A DNA stretch of 64,000 bases. It comes from Octopus sinensis (taxonomy: Eukaryota). Numbering within the stretch: the stretch's first letter is position 1; the number at the start of each line of letters is the position of its first letter. The position numbers were made by a program, and so were the translations under genes. Shown here in pieces: positions 26,489-41,200 of this stretch. The notes beneath the pieces were generated by a model that was not told the origin of the DNA, ran no database searches, and was given only the letters and a program-made list of their open reading frames with translations. The stretch lies in the NCBI RefSeq assembly GCF_006345805.1, contig NC_042997.1, forward strand, positions 29,760,001 through 29,824,000, given 5' to 3'.

Positions 26489-26490
<2 letters not shown>
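25590..26490 (-). mobile_element. Penelope-like element with the RT deleted (N-terminus joined to linker and GIY-YIG)
   Basis: KFTPTPTLNLIELKADIEHFKRDLRLIEFF, then NLKSI, then MNCNTQNLTYCITCPNCKENYIGE..RARNHRQQI; (TA)n at the 5' end. Confidence 0.85.
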
Positions 26491-26533
<43 letters not shown>

Positions 26534-26591
26534 GATTATATTTGCTGAGGTTTTATATTCATATCTATAGATAGATAAAGATATAGATATG

Positions 26592-26750
26592 AAGGGCTTC
26601 TACACAGTTTCTGTTTATCAAATTCGCTCACAAGGAATTAGTGGGTTCGGGGCTATAGTAGAAGAATTTTCCAAAAGTGCCACGCAGTGGGACTGAACCC
26701 GAAACCATGTGGTTGCCAAGCGAGCTTTTTAACCACATTGCCTTGCCCAT
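26592..26750 (-). mobile_element. SINE family A head (tRNA-derived)
   Basis: Reverse complement of ...ccacatggtttcgggttcagtcccactgcgtggcac... Confidence 0.7.
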
Positions 26751-27724
26751 TCGTGTAATAATTTTCTGATAACCTATCTTTGTCCTTTTGGGTGGCCAAA
26801 ATACTTTGCAACGGATACCCAACTTTGGTCTCCGGTCAGCAAAGGAAGTTATCAGCTTTCATACACTCGGCAAATAAAATCTCTTCGCGGAACATTACAA
26901 ACAGGCGTTTCAGTCTTTGATACCTAAATTACAATGATGGTGGATATGTTTCCTTTTTAAAAGTGAGCTCCATAATTATGAGAGAAATTCATATACTTAT
27001 AAGAAATACATGCGTTACAAAGCATATTGTTAGACCATTCCATTCGAAACATTTCATCAATTTAAACTTACAAAGCCTCGCAGAGATGTTCAGATAGAAA
27101 GAGAGGAATGAAAAATATTTCCCGTTATAGAGATCTGCGGTTTTGGAAATTTTCAACATTTTTTTCAAAATCATTCAGAAAGATAATATTTACGCACCAT
27201 TTGTTCCATACCGCTATAAGAAATATGGATATGTATGTAGGATTATTAGTGAATTTCCCTATCTTACTTGCAGTATATATCGGATTGCTTAAAAGTTACC
27301 TTCTTCTGGTTATTACAATCATCATTTGACAAGCGTTTGCAAATAAAATCTAGAAACAGAACAGTGAAAATATGCAAGATGTTTGAAAAGTTTTACTTCA
27401 TCTTTGCTACTATTTAAAATATTCTGACGAAGCTTGGTTCCTTTGTTAATGTCCGGGTTCTTCTTTATAAGAATGCAAAAAATAGGAAAAAACAATGCTA
27501 ACTTACAGACACATAGGAAAATAATTTCATACATTTAATATGCGTATGTCCATATGTATGTGTATCTATATAAACACAGCTGGACAGTGATTTCTTATGA
27601 ATGCGCCTCTGCGTATGTTAGTACGTAGGACATATATTGTGTGTGTCCAAGTTAAACTGGAATGAAGAAATTATATACGGAGTGTAATACAATAATACAC
27701 ACACACACACACACGTATTCATGT

Positions 27725-27985
<261 letters not shown>

Positions 27986-28942
27986 TAGTTACAGTTTATA
28001 TAAAGCGAGGTACAGTCAGCGGTTGTTAGATAATTAAGTGAGATATATAATAGGTGGATGGAAAATTGAATGAAATTTTGAGAAAGAATGCAAGTACTAA
28101 AAAAGCTTGGAGAAAAAATGGGAAAGAATACTTGAGTATAGAACTCAAATTGAAACAAGTGAATGAAGACAGAAAGAAAGAAAGAAGAGTTTACAAGAAA
28201 TCAAAAGAAGCAGAAGGGACAAGCTGTTTAATCAAAGAGCAAACGATATTCCCGAGGATGTTCAGTGAAATAACAAAGAAAATATGTAAGGAACAAAACG
28301 GATGTTAGATGAAAGCAATGGAGAGGAAGAGAAGGATGATGGGAATAATATGGCGGGAGACGGAGAGTGAGAGATCGTATGTTTGTGTGTGGGTGCTGTA
28401 GGGTGCGTGTAGATGACGTAAGCGGATAGAATTGGATTCAAGGGATTCGATGAAAAGTAGGCGGATATCTTAGATAAGAAGTGTATTGTAGATAGAGAGT
28501 AAGATTGAGCGAAATTTATGGAGAGGGACAAAGAGGAGAAACAAAGACGTCGTACGTAGATGATGGAAAGGAAGAAAGGAAGAAAGAAAGAAAGAATGAA
28601 AGGAATATCAAATGGGAGAAAATGGAAAGAAACATAAATAGATGAAAGAAATAGCGAATGAAATATGAATAATAAAGGCAAAATGGAAGTAAATGGAAGA
28701 AATATGAATGGAAGAAAATAAGCAGAAAAGAAAGGAGAGGGGAAAGGACAAATAACGAGGAAATAAAAATGAAAAGAAAAGGGGTAAAAAGGATGGAAAG
28801 AAAGTAAAAGAAGGAAAATGAGTGAAATAAAGAATGAAAGAGAAATAAGTTAGGAAAAAGTGTTTAATAATAGGTGATAAATGAGGTTACGTTGCTAACA
28901 AATACACGCACATTTTTGGATATTGGGTGAGTGTTTGGGTGG

Positions 28943-28958
28943 ATAGATAGATAGATAG

Positions 28959-28989
<31 letters not shown>

Positions 28990-29097
28990 TGGATAGATAG
29001 ATATATAGAAGGATAGATAGATAGATAGACAGACGGATAGATAGAAAGATAGATAGATAGATAGAAGATAGATAGAAAGATAGATAGATAGATAGAT

Positions 29098-29137
<40 letters not shown>

Positions 29138-29242
29138 GGAGAGATGGAGAGATAGAAAGATATATACATAGACAGACAGACAGAAAGATAGATAGATAGA
29201 TAGATTGATTGATAGACAGACAGGCAGACAGACAGACAGACT

Positions 29243-29311
<69 letters not shown>

Positions 29312-29312
29312 T
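28943..29312. repeat. (GATA)n/(GACA)n microsatellite
   Basis: Direct reading. Confidence 0.95.
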
Positions 29313-29607
29313 CAGCTTAATGGAATAATAGACATTTGGATATGAAAAAAATAGATACATGGAGAGATAGGTCGACCGTTCGGTCGATCGGTCGATCGGT
29401 CGACTGGTTGGTTGGTTGGTCGGTCGACAGATTGGAAGATAGATACATAGGTAGACAGATTTAAAAGACGGAGCAATAATCATATATGTACGTGTGCATG
29501 TATGTGTGTGTGTGTTTGTGCGTGTGTCAAAGTGTATGCCCGCGCGTGGGTGTGCGTGTGTATGTGTGTAAATGTATATATATGTGTGTGTTATTTATCT
29601 ATAGATA

Positions 29608-29638
<31 letters not shown>

Positions 29639-30219
29639 ATATGTGGTGGTGGGAGGGGTATGTATGCGTATACCCAGATATTTCTGAGTGTATGTATATA
29701 TATGTATATGTTCCTCTGAGCATGTTTGTGTGTGTGTGTCTGAGGCAGGGCGGGGTATAGTGTCTGAGAATGTATGTGCCTCTCTGTGTAGATGTGTCTT
29801 ACAAAATATGCAGACAGGGAGAGCGAGAGAAAGAGAGAGAGACAGACAGACAGACATACAGACACAGAGAGAGAGGGGGGAGAGATGAGAGAGAGGATGA
29901 GAAAAATAAGCAGAGAGATGTAAGAGAGGAGCTGAAAGCAAGTGAGTTATAAAGAATTATCGATGACTCATCGAAGGCAATTGATGTTGAGAGAACTCTT
30001 TTAGCAACAGTGACCTCGATGCGATGTATTTCTGAGTGTACTGTACTTTAATGTGCGTGTATGCGTGTATATGTGTGCACGCATGTATGTATATATTGTG
30101 TGGTGTGTGGTCCGTTCGTGCATATTGGTGTCTGTGTGTGTGTGTGTATTTGTATGCATCATGTGTATATATGTATGAATGTCTGCGTTTGAGTGAGTGC
30201 ACCATTGTGCATTGCATGC

Positions 30220-30234
30220 GTATGTATATATATA

Positions 30235-30285
<51 letters not shown>

Positions 30286-30319
30286 GTATATATATATAAT
30301 ATATATGTACGTATATATT

Positions 30320-30356
<37 letters not shown>

Positions 30357-30357
30357 G

Positions 30358-30391
<34 letters not shown>

Positions 30392-30417
30392 CATATGTAT
30401 ATATATATATACATATG

Positions 30418-30469
<52 letters not shown>

Positions 30470-30529
30470 ATATATATATATCCATATACATATATATATA
30501 TTTACTTACATACACATATATAGATATAG

Positions 30530-30563
<34 letters not shown>

Positions 30564-30575
30564 GCATATATATAT
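30220..30575. repeat. (TA)n microsatellite
   Basis: Direct reading. Confidence 0.95.
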
Positions 30576-31144
30576 ACAGTAATGTAAATGATAGAGAGAG
30601 AGGGCGGAGTTTTCGGGCCTTTATTTCTTTCTCTTTGTTCCTCTGATCATATTATTTAAGCCAGGTAATTATTCTATCGATCTATTTTTTTGATGTTTTA
30701 CTCACTCGCCTTTATGACATAACATTGGTTTTTGTCAAACCGTGACGTTATGTCGCACTGAAACACACCAGCCCCCGCCGCACATACTCTCGCACACGCA
30801 ACATACGCGCGCGCGAACGCGTCGTACTAAGACGAAGTTATCGACAAAAGTCTTTGACTCATCTCGCAACCTGCCGCACAGCAGGCACGAACATGAAACC
30901 AGATGTTATAAAGTGAAATTCTTTTACACCAAAACCTTGTGTCTAACAGTGTCTGTGTGTGTGTCTGTTTGTCTGTCTGTATGTATACACTGGCTGGCGG
31001 TATTTTTAATAAAATGAATGAGTCTCGACATCATCTCCTTCGAAATAATCAGCTTGCGCAGCAATACACCGGCCTCGGCGTTCTAGCCACATTTGGAATT
31101 GAACCTGGAAGTCGTTTTCCGTAAACGATTTGAGGACCTTCTGC

Positions 31145-31500
31145 TATTGGGTTGTCCCGAATGTTCGTGCCGATTTTTAAAAGAAAGAAAAAGGTCAATA
31201 AATACTTGCCGTTACATTTTAAATCACCAAATATGAACCATTTTGTTACGCAATGAGTCTCCATCTTCCCTTTAACTTCAAAATACTCTCTTCCCAGAAT
31301 TGAGGGGGTTTCATGACAAAGAATTTATCAAGGAATCTTTTTGTCATCCAAGGAATTGAAATGTTTACCATTAAGACTATTCTGCAGAGACCTGAATAAG
31401 TGGAAATCCGAAGGAGCAATATCTGGTGAATATGGAGGGTGGGGTAACACATCCCAGCCGAGCCGCACAGCAATTTTTGTCTGGTTCCCAAAGCATCAAG
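31145..31500 (-). mobile_element. mariner 3' fragment with TIR
   Basis: Frameshifted LGWDVLPHPPYSPDIAPSDFHLFRSLQN...KPPQFWEESILKLKGRW; TIR TA-TTGGGTTGTCCCGAATGTTCGTGCCGATTT at 31145. Confidence 0.85.
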
Positions 31501-31773
31501 TAACGAAAATGAACTTTCTTATCTTCCATTTTAAAGGGTTACAAAATTAACACAGGTTATAGGAACATACACCTTCTTCCACGAAAAGATAGCTTAAACT
31601 GTGCTCTAAATGGAGGTGTAGTCAAATCGTATTTTATGAACTCAAACATGTTCTAAAATAAGTCGAAAGGTAAGGTACTATAAATCGGACACCCAATATT
31701 ATAACATAACACACTGGTTTATTGTCAAGCCGTGACGTTATATCGCACTCAAACACACTAGCACATACACCAC

Positions 31774-31839
<66 letters not shown>

Positions 31840-32449
31840 ACACACACACACACACAACACCAGTCACGCGTCATATACAAACGTAGCTATTGACAAAGTC
31901 TACTACCCTCCGGCAATCTGCTGCACATCGGGCACGAACGTGGAGCCAGTTGTTATAAACTGAAATTCTTCACAGACAAAGAGACAAACAGACCCCCCCC
32001 CACACACACACACACACATATACACATCAAACATGTATGTATGTATATATGTGTACAGTGGAAAATAACAATAGCGTAACTTAGTTCCTCCGTACGTTTC
32101 ACCATTGCAGCAATTTGGAATTCAGCATTGGATATTCCAAGTGCTTTTCAATGATCCGTTACGATTAGATATCCATTTATGATTTGCAACAGCAATGGTG
32201 AAAGATACATGGGTACTAAATATTTATACATCACATATACTCCGTGCAGCACGGAATTTTGTCAGTGATCAGTCGTGGTCTCAAAGCGACGCAAATATTT
32301 TAACAAATTAAATTTAAATTTAAATGTTGAAGTTAATCGAACGATTTTTGTGTGTTTTTAAATGGCTTATAACACCTTCGAAGCTGCAATTGTTTTTGTT
32401 TCAGCACACGATCTCAGATCAGGTCACTTGCTATGCAAGTACATCTCCG

Positions 32450-33715
32450 TAATACTTATGTAGTATTTTTTCTTAATATTTTCCATTCGTGAGCATTACA
32501 CTTTCTCTAACTCATTAATTAATTTTTAAGTATTTGTTAGTCTTTGTAAGTATACATTTCACTTAATTCGCTTATCACTGTTTCTTTATCAAACTTGATT
32601 TTACTGGATTTTTATTAATTCTCCTGTCTCCACGTATACCTTAGCCAATTTTTCAGAAACGAATCTCGTTCTAATTTCCCCTACTGAATACATGCATTGC
32701 TTGTACATCTGGTGTACACAACTTATGGCCATCCATTATCCAAGAGAGAATTGATTGCTATTCCACAACGCGTGTATCCTTTTCCAGTCTGCTAAACATT
32801 TTGGTTACAGGTGTTAGCACCAGGCTGAAAGATAGTAACGATGATATTCCTTAGGAATACAACTCTCGTAATACGAATACATCTCGGTTTATAATTCTCT
32901 CTTTTGTTGGAATCTGCAGAAGTGATTTCCATTTACCCATGACAGATTTGATTCACCTGTTAATTACTATCGCAGATTTTCCCATGGTAGACATTTCCAT
33001 AATCTGCAAGTGAGTTCGGTTGGGAAAAACCTTTCAGACATCGAATCCTTGATCATTATATCCCTACGAGTCTTTCATAACAGCTACTATTCTGCCGAAA
33101 CAATGTTGCCTATTCGCGTACATTGTGATAATATAAATGTTACACTTTCTGTTTGGTAAAGGAAGACCGTTGATGGATCTGTGGTTGTTGGTATCTGTTG
33201 ATTTGTTAGCAGTGGTGTTTAACTTCACTTCTCCCTTACGATCTAATGTCCTCCTGTATTATTATCTTTTAAATTATTTCTAACTCGTCGTGCGTCTGTT
33301 CCGAAACACCAGATTGCTATTCCAAAGATATTTCGCTGCTCTTTCTTATAAGTTGAACGACCACGCAGTGTCTGCCGCATTGCCTCGACATCCATCATGT
33401 AGATTAAGATTAAGATGGTGTTTTTATTTGTAAGACAATCATGGGTTTTTTTGTTTGTTTGGTTTTATTTCTTCAATACTTCATTGATTTTTTCCAATAT
33501 TTTTTTCTTTGAGAGAAGTTTGTGTACATGAGATATAAATATATATTTGGCAAAAGTTTGGAGCAGTATCATGTTCTGGATACTTTCCAATTGCTCATGT
33601 TTTATAATATCTAAGATCCTTCGTGGGCTGTAACTGCTTCCTGATATTGCGTTGCCAGTAGTCGTTTTCAAAATACTTGCTCTTGGCGGTCTGTTCGATG
33701 TTCATGCACTTTCAG
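32450..33715 (-). mobile_element. Heavily degraded RT region, probably R4/Dong-like
   Basis: Minus strand GISSLLSFSLVLTPVTKMF...IMDGHKL resembles GDSLSPLLF.L.L.PL...YMDDLKL. Confidence 0.5.
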
Positions 33716-33766
33716 AATCATCTAGATAGATAGACAGATAGACAGATAGATAGATAGACAGATAAA

Positions 33767-33924
33767 TATGTTTCTTTATTAGCCACACAGGGCTGCACAC
33801 AGATAGAACAAATTACAAGGTAGAGCTTTTCTTTGAAGGTATTAAAAAAAAAAAAAAAAAGGGAAGGGGGAGGTTCGATCAAAAGGGATCGTAAAAGGAG
33901 AGAAGGAGGACAAAAATAAGGGGG

Positions 33925-33958
<34 letters not shown>

Positions 33959-36900
33959 GGAGAGGAAAAAAATGATCAATAGGGATCGTTATCACAGAAA
34001 TGTCAATATGAAGTGTAAAGGGGAGGACAGGTGAGGTTTACCCGTGGAAAAAGAAAGCCTGCGGAAAAGAACACGGTAACCTCGGTCAATGAAGTCACAT
34101 TTTATATTTCTTTTTTTTTTTTTTTTTTTTTTTTTTTTGCAAATAAGCAACTCTCTGTTTTCGATTTCTGGGTTCATAGGACTATGCTCAAGGTGGCTTC
34201 GTCATTCATACGTGCCATTCTTGCTTCACATTCACCCATCTTTTTAAAACATTCGCTAGACAAAACTTGCCTCTCTACTCTCACTTTCCTTTTCAAGTGG
34301 TACTTGAAGAAGTTGATGAGAGATTGACCAGAGAGGAAGTGTTTGTCTCCAATCCTTTCAGACGCGTCCACCAGATACATTCTTTCGCCATAGCCACAAG
34401 GATGATGAAAATAGCTCTTCCTTCCCGTTTGAAGGAAGGAGGCGTGACAATATTGACGATAGACTCAGCTGATAAACCGACTCGTCCCACACGTGACAGC
34501 AGTTGTTCGACATAAGCCCACAGGTCGGAAATTGTTGGACACTGAACGAGTGCGTGCAGAACGGTTTCGTCGCTCTGACCGCATCTCGGGCAGGTCGGCC
34601 CCGTGTTTCTCGAACCGTGTCTGTAGAGCTTATCCCGAACGGGTAGCGCTTCTCGGTAGCACTGCCAGGCCAGGGATCTCTGGAAGTTGTCCATGGGCCC
34701 TGGCCCGAAAGTCGTCCCGAACAGGCGGGTCAGGTACTCCTCGTCGACGTCCAGGTTCGCCCCGAGCTCGTCGTCGTACCTCCCCTCCACTAAACCCCTA
34801 TAGAATGCTTTGGTTGTGTTGAAGTCACTTAAGGTCGACCCAGGACGGCAGAGTTGCTTGAGAGCAACGCGACACTCGCGGTGCCATTCGCCCTTCCTCG
34901 GCCTCTTTTTGATCCACGACTGCAGTTCGGTCATGGAGACGAGCTGCGGGAAAGCGTGCCTCACAAACGGCGACCACACCTGTTCACCGTCGTCTACATA
35001 GAGCCGGAGATGTCGCAGTCTCAGCGCGTGTCTGCGCATCATCAACCACGGCATGCCCAGCCCTCCTTTTAACGGTGTTGACAGCAAATGGATCGCCTGA
35101 CCATCGGGACGCATCCTTTCCACAAGAAGCGAAAGAGGATGCGTTGTAGTTTGGTGATGGTAGGGTCGGGACAAGGTACGACGGTCAGGCGGTAGTAGAT
35201 GACGGACGCGATGTACGTGTTCGCCACCTCCGCTCGACCTTTTAGGGACAGTTTCCTCTCGGCCCATTGCCGGGCGAGAGTGACCACCCTACTCGTTATC
35301 TCGTTCCAGTTCTTCTCCACTTGGAGGTCCGGACCAAACCAGACCCCGAGCAACTCAACCGGGCCGTCGGTCCAGCGTCCCACGACGGAGGCGCTGGTGG
35401 ACGGCATGACTTTTCCCGGTTGATTTTCGCTCCTGTCACCGCTTCGTAGTTTTTCAGTGTCTCGCCGACCAGCTCGATGTGCTCGTGGCTAGACACTATG
35501 ACGGTGACGTCGTCCGCGTATGCAGACACGCTCGTCCCGCATCCCAATTCTCGCGGGATGCCCCTTAGAGTCGCCAGCTTCCGCAGTAGTGGCTCAAGAG
35601 TCAATACGTATAGAAGCGCCGAGAGGGGGCATCCCTGACGGACCGAACGTGCAATGTCGAAAGGTCTCGATAGATGTCCATTTACGCGAATTACCGAACG
35701 GATGCCTCTGTACAAGGCAGCTATCCAGCCGCGGAAGACGGGACCGAAACCAGCCGCTCTCAGGACTGCCTCCAAGTATCGATGGTCTACCCTATCAAAG
35801 GCTTTTGATTGATCCAAGTTGATCAGGGCCCCACCCATGCCAGGTTCGTTAACTACCCTGTCTATGATGTAGCGCATCAGATGGAGGTTGTCATGGATGG
35901 TCCGGCCTGGCACGGCGCATGTTTGCGCCTTGTCGACCAGTTTCTCGATGACAAGCGCCAACCTCTTGGCTAGCACCTTGGCCAAAATTTTCAAGTCTGC
36001 ATTAAGCAGAGTGATGGGCCTAAAGTTATCTATTACATTTCCCTTGTTTAGATCTTTCTTCAGCAGTGTTACGGCTCCTCGGCTCACAAAACCAGGAATG
36101 CTCCCGTTTTGCTGCCAGTTGCAGTACACCGCCCGCCAAGAGATCTCCAAACAAGTCTGGCATACAATTGTAAAGCTCGTAGGGTAGACCATCCAAACCC
36201 GGTGATTTGTCCCTCGAGCATTCTGCCATCGCTTCCCGCACTTCCGCCGCCGTGATGGCACCTTCGCAGCACCCTGCCTTTCTTGTCGAGAGTCGTGGTA
36301 GGCTATGTAGGTAGGCACTGAAGTCCACCCTACGTTCTTGCCCTCCACTCGTTCCGAACAGTCGGGCAAAATGCTGCTGAAAGGCCTCACACATTTTACT
36401 TGGCTCGAGCAATTCGCGCCCCTGTTCATCTACCAGTGACCGAATGGTGGCTTTGTTGCCCTGTTGCGCCTCTGCCACCCGGGCCTCTCTCGCGGCTCCA
36501 ACACCTTCGTTCCTTAGAGCACGCATCCTAGCTCTGACAGCACATCCTTCGTGTTTGGCGTTGAAGTGTTGGTCGAGGGCCAACCTCGCCGCCAAAACGT
36601 CGGATGCGATGCCGCTTCTAATGCCTCTTCTAGCTTTTAACTAGCTCACCCTCTACTCTATTTCTATCTATGGCTAGTGCTTTGCTGTACCTAATCGCTT
36701 CTGCTTTTACTGCTCTCTTGAGGGCAAACCACCATTTGTTGTTGATGATGGCTCCCGTCAAAGCCCTCTTTACTAGTGTGCTAATCCGGTCTCTGAAAAC
36801 TTGTCTCGATGGGAAAGACGCGTTTAGTTTCCAGTATCCGGGACCCTGCCTAAGTGTCTTACCTAAGTCTAGCGTACATGTCACAAGTTTGTGATCCGTG

Positions 36901-37350
36901 TAGCTGACTATGTGGAATTGTGGACATCCTATGCTATCTCTATCTACTGTCCTACACAGTATCCTATCTAGATACGATCTCGACGACCCGATGCGGTTGC
37001 TCCATGTCCACGTTGGCGCATTCGGGTGGTCTAGTCGAAACCTGTCAGACAGTTGAAAGCGTCTGAGCAGGTCTCTGAGGCATTTGCATCCCCGTCTATT
37101 CCTATCTCTACCACGTAGTCTACATCATGCGTGTCCAAGGTAGCATTCCAATCCCCCACTAAGAGTAAAGGACGAGACGTTCCCAAGAAAACTTCTAGAC
37201 GTTGAAAGAAATCCGCCCGACCTGTTAAGGGCGGTGCGTAAACTGATACGAGCCGAAAAGCGCACCCATTGCTGCCGTCGACATCCAGGACGACCAGTCT
37301 ACCCTCCGGGTCTACGAATATTGTCCTTACATTGAGATCCAGACTCTTGT
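33767..37350 (-). mobile_element. Tx1/L1-clade LINE copy 1, 5'-truncated within the APE domain, ORF2 frameshifted
   Basis: Closely similar by eye to 37827-41420; RT motifs QGCPLS and YADD; the 5' break abuts (GATA)n at 37351; the 3' end gcagccctgtgtggctaataaagaaac abuts (TATC/TGTC)n. Confidence 0.95.
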
Positions 37351-37826
<476 letters not shown>

Positions 37827-38298
37827 ATGTTCTTTATTAGCCACACAGGGCTGCACACAGATAGAACAAATTACAGGTAGAGCTTTCTTTTGAAGGTTTA
37901 AAAAAAAATAAAAAATAAAAAAATAAAAAAAAATTAACAATAAAAATAAAAAAAATAAAAATAGAAAAAAATAAAAATAAATAAAATAAAAAAAAAAGGG
38001 GGGGTCGATCAAAAGGGATCGTAAAAGGAGAGAAAGAGGACAAAAAAAAGGGGGGTTAAAAAAAAAAGGGGGAGAGGAAAAAAATTGATCAATAGGGATC
38101 GTTATCACAGAAATGTCAATATGAAGTGTAAAGGGGGGACAGGTGAGGTTTACCGTGGAAAGAAAAGCCTACGGAAAAGACACGGTAACCTCGGTCAATG
38201 AAGTCACATGTTATATTTCTTTTTTTTTTTTTTTTGCAAATAAGCAACTCTCTGTATTAATTTTTACGGTTCATAGAATCATAGTCAAGGTGGCTTCG

Positions 38299-41200
38299 TC
38301 ATTCATACGTGCCATCCTTGCTACATTCACCATTTTTTTTAAAACATTCACTAGACAAAACTTGCCTCTCTACTCTCACTTTTTTCTTCAAGTGATACTT
38401 GAAGAAGTTGATGAGAGATTGACCAGAGAGGAAAGTGTTTGTCTCTAATCCTTTCAGACGCGTCCACCAGATACATTCTTTCGCCATAGCCACAAGTATG
38501 ATAAAATAGCTTCCTTCCCGTTTGAAGGAAGGAGGCGTGACGATATTAACGATAGACTCGGCTGATAAACCGACACGTCCCACACGTGACAGCAGTCGTT
38601 CGACATAAGCCCACAGGTGGGAAATTGCTGGACACTGCACGATTGCGTGCAGAGCGGTTTCGTCGCTCTGCCCGCATCTCGGGCAGGTCGGCCCCGTGTT
38701 TCTCGAGCCATGCCTATAGAGCTTATCCCGAACGGGTAGCGCTTCTCGGTAGCACCGCCAGGCCAGGGATCTCTGGAAGTTGTCCATAGGTCCCGGGCCG
38801 AAAGTCGTTTGAAACAGGCGGGTCAGGTATTCCTCGTCGACGCCCAGGTTTGCCCCGAGCTCGTCGTCGTACCTCCCCTCCACTAATCCCCTATAGAATG
38901 CTTTGGTTGTGTTGAAGTCACTCAAGGTCGACCCGGGACGGCAGAGTTGCTTGAGAGCAACGCGACACTCGCGGTGCCATTCGCCCTTCTTCGGCCTCTT
39001 TTTGATCCACGACTGTAGTTCGGTCATGGAGACGAGTTGCGGGAATGCGTGCCTCACAAACGGCGACCACACCTGTTCACCGTCGTCTACATAGAGCCGG
39101 AGATGTCGCAGTCTCAGCGCGTGTCTGCGCATCATCAACCACGGCATGCCCAGCCCTCCTTTTAACGGGTGTTGACAGCAAATGGATCGCCTGACCATCG
39201 GGACGCATCCTTTCCACAAGAAGCGGAAGAGGATGCGTTCTAGTTTGGTGATGGTAGGGTCGGGACAAGGTACGACGGTCAGGCGGTAGTAGATGATGGA
39301 CGCGATGTACGCGTTCACCACCTCCGCCCGACCTTTTAGGGACAGTTTCCTCTCGGCCCATTGCTGGGCGAGAGTGACCACCCTACTCGTTATCTCGTTC
39401 CAGTTCTTCTCCATTTGGAGGTCCGGACCGAACCAGACCCCGAGCAACTCAACCGGGCCGTCTGTCCAGCGTCCCACGACGGAGGTACTGGTGGACGGCA
39501 TGGGTTTGCTTCTCCAGGTGCCGAGCCGCAAGCCCACTGACTTTTCCCGGTTGATTTTTGCTCCTGTCACCGCTTCGTAGTCTTTCAGTGTCTCGCCGAC
39601 CCGCTCGATGTGCTCGTGGCTTGACACTATGACGGTGACGTCGTCCGCGTATGCAGACACGCTCGTCCCGCATCCTAATTCTCGCGGGATGCCCCTCAGA
39701 GTCGCCAGCTTCCGCAGTAGTGGCTCAAGAGTCAATACGTATAGAAGCGCCGAGAGGGGGCATCCCTGACGGACCGAACGTGCAATGTCGAAGGGTCTCG
39801 ATAGATGTCCATTTACGCGAATTACCGAACGGATGCCTCTGTACAAGGCAGCTATCCAGCCGCGGAAGACGGGACCGAAACCAGCCGCTCTCAGGACTGC
39901 CTCCAAGTATCGATGGTCTAACCTATCAAAGGCTTTCGATTGATCCAAGTTGATCAGGGCCCCACCCATGACAGGTTCGTTAACTACCCTGTCTATGATG
40001 TAGCGCATCAGATGGAGGTTGTCATGGATGCTCCGGCCCGGCACGTCGCACGTTTGTGCGTTGTCGACCAGTTTCTCCATGACAAGCGCCAACCTCTTGG
40101 CTAACACCTTTGTCAACATTTTCAGGTCTGCATTGAGCAGAGTGATTGGCCTAAAGTTATCTATAATGTTTCCCTTGTTTGGATCTTTCTTCAGCAGAGT
40201 TACAGCTCCTCGACTCACAAAACCGGGTATGCTCCCGTTTTGCTGCCAGTTGCAGTATACCGCTGCCAAGACGTCTCCAAACAAGTCTGGCATACAATAG
40301 TAAAATTCGTAGGGTAGACCATCCAAACCCGGTGATTTGTCCCTCGAGCATTCTGCCATCGCTTCCCGCACTTCCGCCGCCGTGATGGCACCTTCGCAGC
40401 ACCCTGCCTTTCTTGTCGAGAGTCGTGGCAGGCTATGTAGGTAGGCACTGAAGTCTACCCTACGTTCTTGCCCTCCACTCGTCCCGAACAGTCGGGCAAA
40501 ATGCTGCTGAAAGGCCTCACACATTTTACTTGGCTCGAGCAATTCGCGCCCCTGTTCATCTACCAGTGACCGAATGGTGGCTTTGTTGCCCTGTTGCGCC
40601 TCTGCCACCCGGGCCTCTCTCGCGGCTCCAACACCTTCGTTCCTTAGAGCACGCATCCTAGCTCTGACAGCACATCCTTCGTGTTTGGCGTTGAAGTGTT
40701 GGTCGAGGGCCAACCTCGCCGCCAAAACGTCGGATGCGATGCCGCTTCTAATTGCCTCTTCTAGCTTCTTAACTAGCTCACCCTCTACTCTATTTCTATC
40801 TATGGCTAGTGCTTTGCTGTACCTAATCGCTTCTGCTTTTACTGCTCTCTTGAGGGCAAACCACCATTTGTTGTTGATGATGGCTCCCGTCAAAGCCCTC
40901 TTTACTAGTGTGCTAATCCGGTCTCTGAAAACTTGTCTGGACGGGAATGATGCGTTCAGTTTCCAGTACCCAGGACCCTGTCTATGTGCCTTATCTAAGT
41001 CTAGCGTACACGTCACCAATTTGTGATCCGTGTAGCTGACTGTGTGGAATTGTGGACATCCTAAGTTATCCTTGTCTACTGTCCTACACAGTATCCTATC
41101 TAGATACGATCTCGACGACCCACTGCGGTTGCTCCATGTCCACGTTGGTGCATTTGGGTGGTCGAGTCGGTACCTGTCAGACAGTTGGAATCGTCTGAGC

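Noticed and set aside
29955-30050. Short open frame after a CAG on the minus strand, considered as an internal exon
   Set aside because: No recognisable protein, no clear donor site and no partner exons
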